The notes under the pieces were generated by a model. That model worked only from the letters and a program-made list of their open reading frames with translations, did no database searches and was not told the DNA's origin. Positions 1 to 12,358 of a stretch of DNA of 64,000 bases are shown in pieces. How positions within the stretch are numbered: position 1 is the first letter of the stretch; the number at the start of each line of letters is the position of its first letter. The translations under genes were made by a program, and so were the position numbers. The DNA comes from Amphiscolops sp. MND2022 (Eukaryota): NCBI GenBank assembly GCA_964187785.1, contig OZ076409.1, forward strand, positions 62,932,001-62,996,000. The letters run 5' to 3'.

Positions 1-2832
1 AGAGAAGCAGGTTTCAAAATGAGAGCTGAGAAATGTCATTTCATGCGCACCGAAACCAAATACCTCGGAAGAGTAGTTTCGGCCGAAGGCATAAAGCCAG
101 ACCGGCAGCGGTCAGCAAGATCCAAGACTGGATGCCCAAGAGAAGTAAAGAGGAGCTGCAGAGGCTAACTACTACCAACACTTCATTCTCTTTCACGCTG
201 CTAAGGTACAACCTATGCAGGAACTGTTGAGGAAAAACCAACACTTCTACTGGAACGAGAAGCATCAAGAAGCGTTTGTTCCAGTGGAACAGGCATTAGC
301 CGATGCCACAGTTTTGACAGCGCTAAACGCAAGAGGACGTTGTGTTTTGGACACGGATGCCAGTGCAGTTGCAATAGCCGGAATCCAAGAACAGGAAAAC
401 AATGCTACGGCTATTCTTCCTCCTATCGTTTATGGAAGCAAATCACTGACTCGAACACAACTGATTTATGGCGCCTCGAAATCGGAGATGTATGCAGTGT
501 TCTAATTCATTGAGAAATACCATTCATACCTTGCATGTCGAGAATTCACGCTGCGTGTGGATAACCAGCCTCTCTTGTGTCTGAAAACATACTCAATGGA
601 TCAGGCCATCATTGGACGCTGGATTGCGAGCATCGATCAACCACTTCAAGACGGTTCACAGACCACGCACGCAACATTGAAATGCAGACGGTCTCAGCAA
701 AGGGACCAACAATTTTGTGCATAGGAAAAAAATTGTGGAGACTCTCCCAGAAGTGAGCAAGGGGTTCAGTTTCATGTCCCAAGATGATTATGAAAGTCTC
801 CCCACCATGCCATACATTGATAAACACGGGTAATTCATTTCGAATCACCCAGAACTGCCAGCAGAAGCTCGAGCACAACTCTGTGTGCTGTACCTCTTGA
901 AGAAGAAGCGACCAAAAGAGGAACCAATCTCAGATCAGTCTTTGAAATCCATACCATGGTACCCAGAGTAACAATGGGAAACAACTCCGACATCACCCAA
1001 AAATGATAGACCAATATGTATCCTCAGTGTAACCACCAAAGTGCTGACGGCACGTCTTGATACTACCAAACGCGAACCAGTGTTAAGTTTGATTGCCTAC
1101 TCAGTGTCAAGAACAAACTGATGTCCTTAGGCTAGTTGGAACTGAGCTGCACAAGCATCAATCGACAATGCCAGGATTGAAAGGTCTTCATCTATCTCAA
1201 TACAGGGACGTATACCTTCTAGCGCTGAAGAAACTAATGAAGAACGAGCCATTGGATGACATCTTGTTCCCCGAAGACGTGCAAGACTTTGCCAAATGAT
1301 ACTATCATCAAAAGAAAGTCTTACTGTTCCTGAACGCGGACGACATTTTGTGTGTAAATTACATTCCCCAGCAACGCACGAGGCATGGACGACTATGTAT
1401 GATCGTCATGCCCCAGATGTACCAACATCAACTCTTGTATAGAGCGCATGATGAATCAGGACACCAAGGTGTTGGCAAATTGGTGGCGAGAATACAGGAG
1501 CGCCACACTTGGCCAGGCACCAAGCGTGGTGTAGTCAACCACATTAGGCGCTGTTTAACGTGTCAATAGAAAAAACATCCCGCTGGGAATCCCTGCTATC
1601 CGTTGCAAAGCACGAACAGCAGCAATTTCAATGATCTGGTGCAGTTTGATCACTTGAAGATTTGCAAGATCACGTTAAGAAACAACGGACTACTAGTCAT
1701 CATTGACCACTTTACCAAGTTCGCAGAGGCAATTCCATGTGCACATGACAAGTACGATGCTCAGACCACAGCAAAGATCATCCTGAACAAATGATTTGCT
1801 AAACACGGCACTCCCGCTTAAAGGCAGTCTGACAATGCCACAAATTTCCCCGCAGAAATTGCACAAGAACTCATGAAAGCCTCGCAAGTAACCATGGTAA
1901 CGTCTACTTCAGCTCACCCTAGAGGCAATGGTCTAGTTGAACGCCAGAATTGAACATTTCGAAGATTGCTTACATTGCTCCACGTTTACACTTCTCGCAG
2001 GATGCTAGGTTGGGATGAGCACATAGATGGAGTCTGGGTGCCAACAAATCAACCAGACACGCAACAACTTGATTTACGCTCTCGTTTAAATATCCAGAAG
2101 TCGGAGCGCGAGAGTTCGAGTCTAAACAAGAATTCGTAGAGCACTTACTTACTTGCTAGACAGCAAGAGATTCACGGGCTTGTTTGCAGGAACACACTTC
2201 AGGCGCAAGTGCGACAAAAACAGAAGTTTGACAGGCATTTGAAAGCAAAGGCTCACGCTGTAGGTGACGCCGTTTGGGTTTTCTGTCACATAATTCCGAA
2301 GGGTGGTACCCGCAAAGTTCTTCGTGCCTGGGGTGGACCTCACAAGGTCACTGATGTACTACAAGATGGAAGACTATATGTGTTATACACAGGTCAAAAA
2401 GTGCACTTTGAACGCCTGAAGAAGCATGTGTCTGCACCCTGGGATTGGGCCGCACTCCAACCCTTTGGGTTGGACCAGAATGTGGCCATCATTGCTGATC
2501 CATATGAGGAAGAACGTGATGAGGAGATAACATCGGACATACCACGTGACACATTCCTTCCAGAACAACTGCCGGAGGCATCATTCGAAATGGAACCAAC
2601 CGTGCCTGTCCCGCCCCGCACGATTCAAACACGCACCCAGAGAGCGTTAGAACATCGAATCCCACATAGACGCTTCAGCCACTTCGGATACCCATCTGAA
2701 TCTGATGCTGACCAAGAACTAATTACACAAACCATGCAGGAAGAAACACAGCAACCAGTTGTTTTCCCTGACATTGAGGACCTAGAACCGTTGTTCTCAG
2801 ATCAAGAAAAAATCGTGCCTGAACCAGCCTGA
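1..2832 (+). pseudogene. pol: pol fragments of element A: RT C-terminus, RNase H, integrase
   Basis: RNase H VLDTDAS...YGSKSL...EMYAV; integrase zinc finger AHDESGHQGV...RRCLTC; core QFDHLK/VIIDHFTKFAEAIP; WGGPHKV (GPY-like); many stops and frameshifts. Confidence 0.92.
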
Positions 2833-3506
2833 TACCTTCACCATCAGGAATATCCGCACCAATGCGGTCGAAGCCAGCCTTGACAAACACACTTAATAAC
2901 TTCCCATTGTTCAGTTCACGTGCTGGAAGCTCAGAAGGACTAGAACCAACTGATGAAAATGAACCTCAGGAAGGAACTGACAGGGAAGTCCAAGCGCCAG
3001 GTCAAAGCCTAGCGACATTGCTCACACCAGATAGAACTCTTCGTGGAAGAGGTGGACCAAGAGGCAGAACTCGTGTTCGTAGAAGAAGAAGTACAACTTC
3101 ATCGAGCAGAGCAGTGGCAAGAGCGAGCAGACAATACACTCGATCAAGAGGTAGAGTAAGAACTAGAGCTCATTCGAGAACCTTAGACCGGGCATGACAT
3201 TATCGGACAAAGCGGAAAATATGTCACTAGATCAGCGGGATGCTGAGCAAACATCTCCTTCAGAGGCTCCGCCTTATTAGCTACGACGTAATAGAGCACC
3301 ACGATATAGGTGTGGAACATGTGGTTCCCGTAACTGCAGTTACGTCAACCTAGTTGAAGTGACGACACCAGGGTGAGTGATTGTCCCGGGGAGCGAATGC
3401 TCCTCCTCGGGATTGAGTTGACAAAGAAAAATAAGACGACTATTCACAACACAAAGTTCTTGCTATTCAAGCCAACCACCAGGAGATCCCATCGGTACAT
3501 CATATA

Positions 3507-4676
3507 GTGATAACGATAGAGAAGACTTACTCTAGCATTGGACCAAGTGTGGTTCCACCATTGGAAACCACACTAAAGGCCATGCAAGAAACATCACCCA
3601 CAAACTGTCTTATATACCATTTCAAAGAATGGACGTGGCACGACGAGAGTGGATTAGAATTTACATTAGCCGCCGTTATTCCCTCACTTCCACTATCAAA
3701 GGTGTTTGGAAAAATAGAGCCAGAGGACACGAAAGTAGCAAGGGTACGCTGCATTATCGCGCACCAGCTTGGCAACAAAACGGCGTGACTTCCCCTCCTG
3801 AAGATGTATATCTCCCAACCGCTATTTGGTGGCTACTAGTCACCTCCTTAGACGAAGTATCACCAGTGAATCCCGGAACTCTTTGATTTGCCTAGAGATT
3901 TTACGCACACTCGTGGAATTCGATGACACACTTTGTTTCCATTTAGCAGATATATATCGCGGAAATATTTTTAGTCAACATTGGTTACAGCTCCTAGCTA
4001 TCATTTTCTGTCTTAAAGCCAAAATAGGCTTGTTGGACAAAAACACTTTTACGTTCGAGAACCCCGTGACCGTGTTTACAGCACTCTCCGTAGTCCACGA
4101 TTGGTCCTGCACGCACATGGGAAACAAACCATCACGTAGAACAGTGTGGCAGGATCGCAAGGCCATACTGGAACAAATAGCACCAAGTCAGGACAACCAA
4201 AGCACCTTCACGGGAAACCTGTTAACAACGAACCCAAAAATCAAGCTGAACTATCTACCATGGATAACCTATGATGAAACCGATATTCTGTGGTAGAATG
4301 CTGTCCGGCGAATCTGATCTCGTACTCAGCAGTGGGGCGTTACGTCATTCGGGAATATGGACAAGAGGACAATTTTAGACTACGACCGGTCGTAGGAAAA
4401 GCAGTACACCCAGTCAAGTCACCAAATGCGCCATGGAACAATGATGTTTATCTATGTTTCACCAGAGCCTCCAACAAGCAACCCATACTACATGAGGTGT
4501 TACATTCGTGTCTGATAGATCTAGTAAAGAAGCTCACACAAGCTCACTTCACACAAGTTCGCTTTTTTATCTATGATCCTGAAAGGTTGATCAACATACG
4601 ACCAGCTTGACATCCAAGGTTGAGAGATCATATTTTTGAATCAAATATTGATATAGTTCTCAATGATGGGGTATAA
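3507..4676 (+). pseudogene. Post-integrase extension with two degenerate macrodomain-like (TARG1/OARD1 type) units
   Basis: Unit 2 ITYDETDILW..VECCPAN..VIREYG..VYLCFTRASNKQPILHEVLHSCLIDL..HIFESNIDIVL follows the TARG1 pattern (ITYVKGDLF..AHCISED..FKKKFG..IYYLITK..PTYENLQKSL..VFEATDIKITVY); unit 1 WWLLVTSLDEVSPVNPGTLLICLEIL..WLQLLAIIF follows the same pattern; aligned by eye only. Confidence 0.6.
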
Positions 4677-5325
4677 GTGTCAATTGCATCAGTTAACGCA
4701 TACGGTAGCAAAATAAAGGACAAGTTAGATTGAGCACCAGTAGCACTTAGAAATAGCCATTCAAGAGGCCACTCGCCTTCTCTTAAGAGTATTTGTCGTT
4801 TTAACTATTTGTTGGAACTTTTTAAAGGCAGATTGTCAAAAATGTTTTATTAGTTGTCGCCTCAGCGTTTGATTGTTTTGTTTGCGTTCATTCAAAAAAT
4901 GTTTTAGTCCACAACCGCTGCCTGTTTTCAGTTGTGTCCTATTTTGCTGTGTCTGCGCGTTATTAGATCACCATCCTAATTACACCCTCGCAGCATCCTC
5001 AGATTATACCCCAGGTGCTACCTATTAACGCAGTTTGCTTTCATTTCTTGTTTGTACACAGTGCATTATTTTTTCACTTTGTTGAGAGATTGACCATTCA
5101 GCAATTCGAGCAAAGTAGATCCAACTGACAACGACAAAAAATCGATATAATAGTCTTTTGATCACCGTCGACTATCTGCTGTTATCATTTAAGGAATGGT
5201 GAAATAGTACATGACAAGAGACGGTTATGAATCATAGTAGTATTCAAAAAACCACCCAATATACGATTGACAGCGCCTGTGTTTTCTATGAAACTTTGCA
5301 ATGAATGAACTTTCTAAGCGCATAG

Positions 5326-5720
5326 CGCATTCCAGTGTTTGTCGTGACTGATATCACACGTTCCAGCACACGGTCGTCGGCTTTTGAAATGTTTGTTCTG
5401 CCTGACAGTTGAATGCAAGATGAATGAAGTTCCAGAAACCAAGAACAACACAGTGAATGAAAAGGACACCCCATTCACACGTCGGAGCACAATGGACTGA
5501 ATGGACTCTCCTTTGTGATTTGTTTCGATGTTTTATGTATCTTGTTTCCATATTAGTGCTATTCATTTTGCAGTTAATTTTGACAGGCATTGCAATGCTC
5601 TTCCAAGATCAAAACTTGTGCTATACTCCATTCAAGTGCTATTGTGAATTTCGTAACTACTTTGTAGGTAGGTCCCAGCTTGGTGCCTGCCTGCTTAAAA
5701 CGGAAAAAAAGTGCAATTGA
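5326..5720 (+). pseudogene. Small Cys-rich ORF with a hydrophobic segment between pol and the 3' LTR of element A
   Basis: ORF 5457-5720 has hydrophobic YLVSILVLFILQLILTGIAMLF then CYTPFKCYCEFRNY..QLGACLL; the same motif (CNNPFKCFCAFRNY..QLGACLL) is readable in element C at about 31670-31770. Confidence 0.5.
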
Positions 5721-6033
5721 AATTTCGCATCGAAATTTTCCTAGCTTTGCTGGTTAAGTTTCGCCAAAGTGTAACTATCCCTAAAAAGAAGTTTTAACCA
5801 GATTGAAACGAATGGAAAGTGTTTTCTAGAGAAATTGGTTCATATTTTGCGGAATCGTTGAGAAGTGCTAATTTGAAGAGATCAAAAACGGTGCTAAAAT
5901 TGAAAACGTGTTACCAAAATGATGCAGAGTTTTTGAGAAGTAAGATCGAAGAGAAAATTGGAAATAACGTTGCTAAGACCCAGTTGATATGCAATTTTGT
6001 ATCCTCTCTTGTTTGCCGAGGACGACAAACTAC

Positions 6034-6046
6034 GGGCCGGGGAGGA
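6034..6046 (+). promoter_or_regulatory. Polypurine tract of element A
   Basis: GGGCCGGGGAGGA directly before the TGTAACGT LTR start; counterpart at 31367-31380 in element C. Confidence 0.75.
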
Positions 6047-6758
6047 TGTAACGTCGACCAGTCGACGACCAAAATTTCGATGAAGGAGACCAAAAATGTG
6101 CGCATAAAAATGGCCGACCTGGCAGATACTTGAAATCATAGAGAAGCCGAAAATGCACAAAAAAGGACCCCCGACCCATCACCCTCAACGCAGAACGTGA
6201 CTGACAGCCACCTTATCATAAAACATGCCAGGAAACCCGGAATTGTGACATTTGTCTGTGTATTTTCAAGGTTTCTACAGAAGAGTGCCTCGAAATCGAG
6301 AAGTCACCTGTTTGTGGATGATGAAGAAAACTCCAAAACCTGCTTGAACGAACTAGAAGAGCTACTTTTGATCAATTCTAGTGTTATTGATGTTTATTTG
6401 CAGGTTTATGGTGATGCCGGATCTGGTTGATCCTTGTATTTGCATTTTTAGACGTTATTCATCTAATAGAATGCACTTTAGCTAAACCCATGTTTTTGAC
6501 CTCTGGAGTATGTAGGACAGCAGGAACTTTTAGGAACGTTTTTACGTGCTTGTGGGACGTTTCCGGTCTTTGTGTGGGCCGGCACGTCGCCACGGAGATC
6601 TAATTTGAGGAGTCTCCTTAGACCAGTGGAAAAGTCCCCATGGAGACCTTTTCGGGACTAAAAACTAATGTCTAGGTTGTTGTAAGACCCTGGTCTCCTG
6701 CTAAAGCAATCTAGGCATTGTCCTAGCACTAGAATGTAGCTGTTAGCTTGACGTTACA
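6047..6758 (+). repeat. 3' LTR of element A (712 bp)
   Basis: TGTAACGT...ACGTTACA perfect 8-bp terminal inverted repeat; homologous to the LTRs at 30657-31366 and 43259-43959. Confidence 0.9.
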
Positions 6759-7639
6759 AAATGACAATTAAACGAAAAACAAATACAGGAGATCGAAGAA
6801 ATAAAATTCAAAGTCTAAAGAATGTATCAGAAGATGTTGAAGCCGTAATCTTAGCAACGAAAATGGACTTCGATTGAACGTATGGACATATCAAGCAGGA
6901 CGGATAAACAGGAAGTCCAAGTTTCCGGTTATGTGAGGAATTTTACTGGATAATAGCTTTTCTTGAAAAACTTCTACGGTTAGACCGCTACACCCACAAA
7001 TTCTTTGAATCTGAGCAATAAAATAGATCGTTAGAATCCAAGATTCTTATCAACAGTTGCAAGAGTTTTTACACAGGGATGTTAGAATTTGAAGTACAAT
7101 AGACAATGATAGAATTTGCAAAGGCAAGACATTAAAGAAGTAAAGTTTTTGATCCAAAAATATTGATCGAATGGGTGGATATAAAAGTAACCAAACAACA
7201 AATAGACAACTCCAAAAAAGCTGAATGCAGTCTCAGAAAAGAATGCTGAAACAAAAGTGAAATCATTCAAGGGTCAATACGTTATTTGTTAAATGACATC
7301 AAAAAAATAACCACACACACCAGCAGTTCGGAACATGTTCTGAAAGATCAAATGAATGGATTTTGACAGAAGAGCATATATGGCAATTGAAACAGTCATT
7401 CCCTTCAAGCAGAAAAAGTTCAAGGCTAAAAAATTTTCTTTTCTGTTTGAAATTGATCCGATACAGTTAGATGCAATTCCAGTGAGCATTGAATCAGAGC
7501 TGTTCAAGAAGAATTTTTTTGTGCGATGTTTAAGATCCGAAATAAAAATAGGTGGTTTTGAGCTTTGTATCTATTTCAATGCTTTATGTTCACGGCCATG
7601 GAAACTTCTCAATTTGCAGCAGAATTTTTGTCTGCATAG

Positions 7640-7760
7640 TGATGTAAATCTTGCAAGATATGACTTTTCTGTCAGATTCTTGCAAGATTTGCTTTTTCTG
7701 CCAGAATCTTTCAAGATTTACATTTTTCATGATTGTCTTGCAAGATTCTTGCAAGACATG
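7640..7760. repeat. Cluster of palindromic TCTTGCAAGA motifs, probably a short interspersed repeat or MITE fragment
   Basis: Four TCTTGCAAGA copies plus one variant within about 120 bp. Confidence 0.45.
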
Positions 7761-8137
7761 CTTTTTTTCTCGCCAAGGGTACCGCAGCATTCAACAGTCT
7801 AAATAAACTTTGAACACAAGTTCCCTGTCTAGCATTTTGTTAGTCAAACTGCGAAATTATGTTGACCTTAGAACTCAAAAGATGTTGTGGCAACTTTATG
7901 GCAAAAATCAAGGGGGAAAGTTAAAGCTGATCGGATTCGCCAGCGAATTGTTTTCGATTACGGAAAAGAAGTTTGCCGCAAACAACCTGAAACTACTCGC
8001 GATGGTCTATTGACAGGAAAATTTTCGCATAGATATCAACTGAAGATGAAGACCGCTGGAACTACTTACTGATCTTATTAAAAAAACAATCAGCGAAAAC
8101 TAATCAGATGATTGCTTTAATAGTATAATAAAGCATA

Positions 8138-8270
8138 CCCGGGTTGACCCTCTTACTAGCATCTTGGCTGTCTTGGCAAGATCTTGCCGAATTCTTACTA
8201 CATCTTGGCAACCATGGATCCCATGGCAAGATCTTACTAAGATAAACTTACTCCAAGATCATATCTTATC
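8138..8270 (+). repeat. Short interspersed repeat, copy 1
   Basis: CCCGGGTTGACCCTCTTACTAGCATCTTGGCTG...CCAAGATC aligns with the reverse complement of 48278-48425. Confidence 0.7.
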
Positions 8271-9222
8271 ACGATGGACAAAATTTTAAGATTATAAAAA
8301 AACACTATACTTTCGGTACAAGCAGCCGAGACTCAATCTAAAGGCTCATTTCACCCCCACAACGACTATTTCTACTCGTTTTCATAATCAAAATGCCTAA
8401 ACCTGCTGAAAAGATTTTGCATGCAAAAATGCGTGATATATTGCGGATAAACACTTTGGACTGTCGGAGCAGAAATCTATTATCTAAACCAGTACCAATC
8501 AAAAACCAATACGAAGAATACGTTATAAGTTGCATATGAGTTGGTTGAGTTCAGTTATGTTATTTTCGGTCACATGAACGAATCGAGAAAACCACTAACA
8601 CGAACGGACCAAATGAACACTTTAAACAAACAATTATACAATGAGCAAGCAGAAACATAAAGAATCTGAAAAGGAACGCCATTATTTAACAAGCGCAGTC
8701 CGGTGCATCAAACCAATACAATGTCCACGAGGAGGTCTCAACAACATTGCCGAACACGGAAGATGATTATAGGAAGAATTGAAAATATCAGAAGAGAAAA
8801 CTCATCAACAGAGAAAATTGCACTAACAACACAATGAAAAAAAACGTTAGAATCAAAAAAATCTTTTTGATTTTCTAACGGAATATGGAATATCACCCAA
8901 ATCGACCAGGCGCCCAGGAAAATCGATTTAAAATGTAGCTATGGCAAAAGAGAAACCAGTTATTGTGAAGCAGGATAGAGAGAAGCAACCAAGAATTGGA
9001 ATAATTGGAACGAAAAAGCAAGTTCCATCGAGTCATCGAAAGCATAAGCAATTTGCAGAAACAAACCGATCAACAAAGCACAAACAGAAGAACAACGCAA
9101 ACAGACGGACGTCGAGAGACTGGTACCGGATACAGAAGAATGTTATCTATGTCAACCAGTTCTGGAGAGATGGTTGATAAACCGGCCAATTATGTCAAAT
9201 TATACTTTGGTGCAACTATTGT

Positions 9223-12200
9223 TGTGGTAGTATTGCATTAAAACACTAAAAGAGCAGTTAGTCAAAGTTGACTAAACTACCTGCCACTGCTAGATCGGAA
9301 ACCCGATATGAACATAAAAGCAACAAAGCTAAAAGATCTGTTGGAAGAATGCAACGATGCCTTACAGAAAAAAAGAAATAGACTAATGGACCGACACAAA
9401 TTTTTAAATAGAAAACAAAAAGATGATGAAAGTTTGGAGCAGTTCTAGCACGCCTTAAACGGACTCGCTGCAAATTGCGACTTTGGCACCCAAACCACCG
9501 GGATAGTGTACGACATTTTTGTATCGAACATGAAAAACGCAGTGGTACAAGAAAGACTCTTCACAGAGCCAAAAGATAACCCGGAGGAAGCCCTAAAAAA
9601 TGCAGTAGCTTTTGAACAAGTCAAACAAAAAAACCCTTCTATGCACTCATCGATACCGAGTAACCCATCACTATTTTCACGAAAGCACATGTGGATAAGA
9701 AGTTCTAGAAGAAATACATTTTGCAACCACTGGATGACAACGAGAAATATATCGATTACAGTAGTAAGCAAGTCGAATATCTCCGAGCGATCATTGGACA
9801 AGATGAAGCAGGATGGAAAAAATTAGACAAGGTCAGAGCCCTGGTAGCAGAAAATGGAGCAAGAACAGTGATAGGCCGAGATTGGCTGAGGGGTTTGGGA
9901 GTGAAACTACAGACAGAAAGTGGTAAGTGCGAAGTTGATTGCGTAAACGAACCAGTGAACAAATTGTTCAAAGAATTTGAGGAATTGGTTTCAAGTGCTT
10001 AGGAGAACTACTAATGCAGAAACGCGAGAAAAATGATTGGGAATTACTATCATGCGCATCAAGATACTTTTCAGATTACGAAACAAGATACTCCACGAAC
10101 GAACTAGAATGACTTGCCATTGTTTGGGCAGTGGAACATTTCCGAAACCACGTTTACGGAGTAAGATTTGAAGTAATTTCCGATCATAAAGCTCTAGGAA
10201 CCGCATTGAAAAGTAACCACGGAAATAAAACTTACTCTAGCATGCTCACAAGATGGATTGATAGACTTTTACACTTTGATATGGAAGTAGTCCACCAACC
10301 AGGAAGAACAATGGGATTAGCGGCCTATTTAGCAAGACATCCGAAAGACTATAATAAAAAAGAGTGCTCAAAAAGCGCGGAAAAACTTTCGGAAAGCTGG
10401 TTTGTAGTTATTTCATTAGAAGAAGTTAACAAAATTTACTACAGGCAGCTATCTGCCAATCAGAGATTGAACAGATTGTTCAATCAAACAATGAGAGCAC
10501 AGAACGCGGAAAGGGGAAAAGAGAAAGTTGAAAGCGCAGACCGTCTTGTGTGTCAAAATAAACAAATTAAAAGTCGCTTTCAAAATAGTCGCGAAAGAAA
10601 CGCAACACGCAGTTTATTTAGACAATCGAAAATTCCAATACCCGAACAAATTGTTCAATCAAATAACACTCAAGAACCAAAAACATCCCCACTTCAGTCA
10701 ATCGTGTCATCAGTCGAAGAATCCTCATCGGCAACACAGATAACTCCTGAGATAAATTTCTTAAAGGTTAAAACGTGTAAAGAAATAACTGATGGATTGC
10801 TTATGGCTAATTATCCAGCTGATCGAGGCCTACAAAATGTGCGAGATGCCGTTTTGAGACGTGACATAAATTTATTTCGTAGAGAAAACAAATTGTTTCG
10901 ACACGTATTCAAAGACTTACGAGTAGATCGTGAACTTGTTTCCTACGAATATCGTTTTAGTTGTACCAATTGATATGCGACAAGCAATATTAAATAGCAT
11001 TCATAGTGGACATAGACGCCATGACAGAGACGCCATGTTGGGAGCAGTAGATGAAATTTGATGGCCCCAGATAAATTGACAAATTGTAGCATGCGCAAAA
11101 ACATGCGGAAATTGCCAAAAAGCAGGTGAGAACATACGAACAACAAAAAGAAAAAAGAGTTTTGAATCATTCAAAAACCAAAGCAAGTAAATGAAGAAAT
11201 TGCATAGGATTTCATGGGACTGTTTTCAGGGCCCCCGAAAACAGAAAATACCTACTAGTAACAATCGATCAATTTTCAGCGTATCCTACACTACACTTTG
11301 TAAAAAGTACTGACATGAAAAGGATCGAAAAATTTTCGCGAACATACATATGTGATAACAGAATTCCCCAAATAATGAGAATTTACCAAGCAACCGTTTT
11401 TATGGGAAATGAATTCAAAAACTTTAGAGAAGAGTTTGTAATTCGGCATATAGTTTTCACAGTTTACGATCATAAACGAAATGGAAAAGTCGAAAGACTT
11501 ATAAGAACGGTGAACGAGGGATTAACAGCAAGTTCCGAAATGCTAGCCGAAAAGCAGAACAAATATTTTTATCAGCTAGAAAATGCACTAAGGACTAGTA
11601 AAGGGAAAGATGGAAAATCGCCGTTCGAGAGGCATACTAGTCGAAAACCAAATACAGTAACATCAATAATAGTTAAATTATTTGAAGAACTGAATGATTT
11701 AGACTACGATAAATCAGTGGAATCGGACTGACTAGAAGGCTCCCCTCGTGATAACGACAGTACGATTTTTGCCAGAGAACGCCAAAGAAAAGGGAACCTG
11801 GCTGGACTCTTCAAGTAAAAGAAGGGAAGAGTGACAAACGAAACACTTCACACGGTACAATTTGTTCCTGACAGAAAAACTGAAGTGGCACTGTCAAAAA
11901 GAGAAATAGCACGCCCCCCAAAGACAGAACGTAAACAAAAGACCCCAAAAAGAGCAAAGCAATACGCACTGAAGGACATCTAAAAGAAGAGAGTAGAGGA
12001 GACAGCACAGGTGTTTGCAGACCTGGAACAAGAAAAAAGTACCACCGATAGAGAGCACGAGGGGAAAGAAGTACCTGCAGGAATGAGCAGAAATAGAAGA
12101 GCCCCAGACCGTTACGGTCTACCAGTTTACATATGCGGGGTCGAGAAGAAAACCAGCATGAAATAAAAACTCGGTAAACTTTGAAACTTGAGATATTTTT

Positions 12201-12358
12201 CATTTATTGCCCAACCGTACCTAACCTGTACTATTGTGTTCGTATTATATTGTCTTGTACTCAAATTCCCAACCGTCAATTGCCGTCGGGAGAATGTGGT
12301 AGTATTGCATTAAAACACTAAAAGAGCAGTTAGTCAAAGTTGACTAAAGTACCTGCCA
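9223..12358 (+). mobile_element. Internally deleted Gypsy element D with 64-bp terminal direct repeats
   Basis: TGTGGTAG...CCTGCCA at 9223-9286 and 12295-12358 (1 mismatch); flanks ATTGT/ATTGA; GGGAGAA before the 3' repeat; gag remnant, protease end VIGRDWL, RNase H EHFRNHVYG..SDHKAL, integrase NGKVERLIRT; RT core not found. Confidence 0.85.

Larger units (their letters stand above)
1..6758 (+). mobile_element. Ty3/Gypsy LTR retrotransposon A, 3' portion (5' end lies outside the window), degenerate
   Basis: Domain order RT end - RNase H - integrase - long extension - PPT - LTR; homologous along its length to the - strand element at 30657-43959. Confidence 0.93.

Noticed and set aside
6760..8130. 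A-rich region with short ORFs (7356-7802, 7887-8072) as a possible viral or Polinton remnant
   Set aside because: No recognisable motif; cannot be supported without a search
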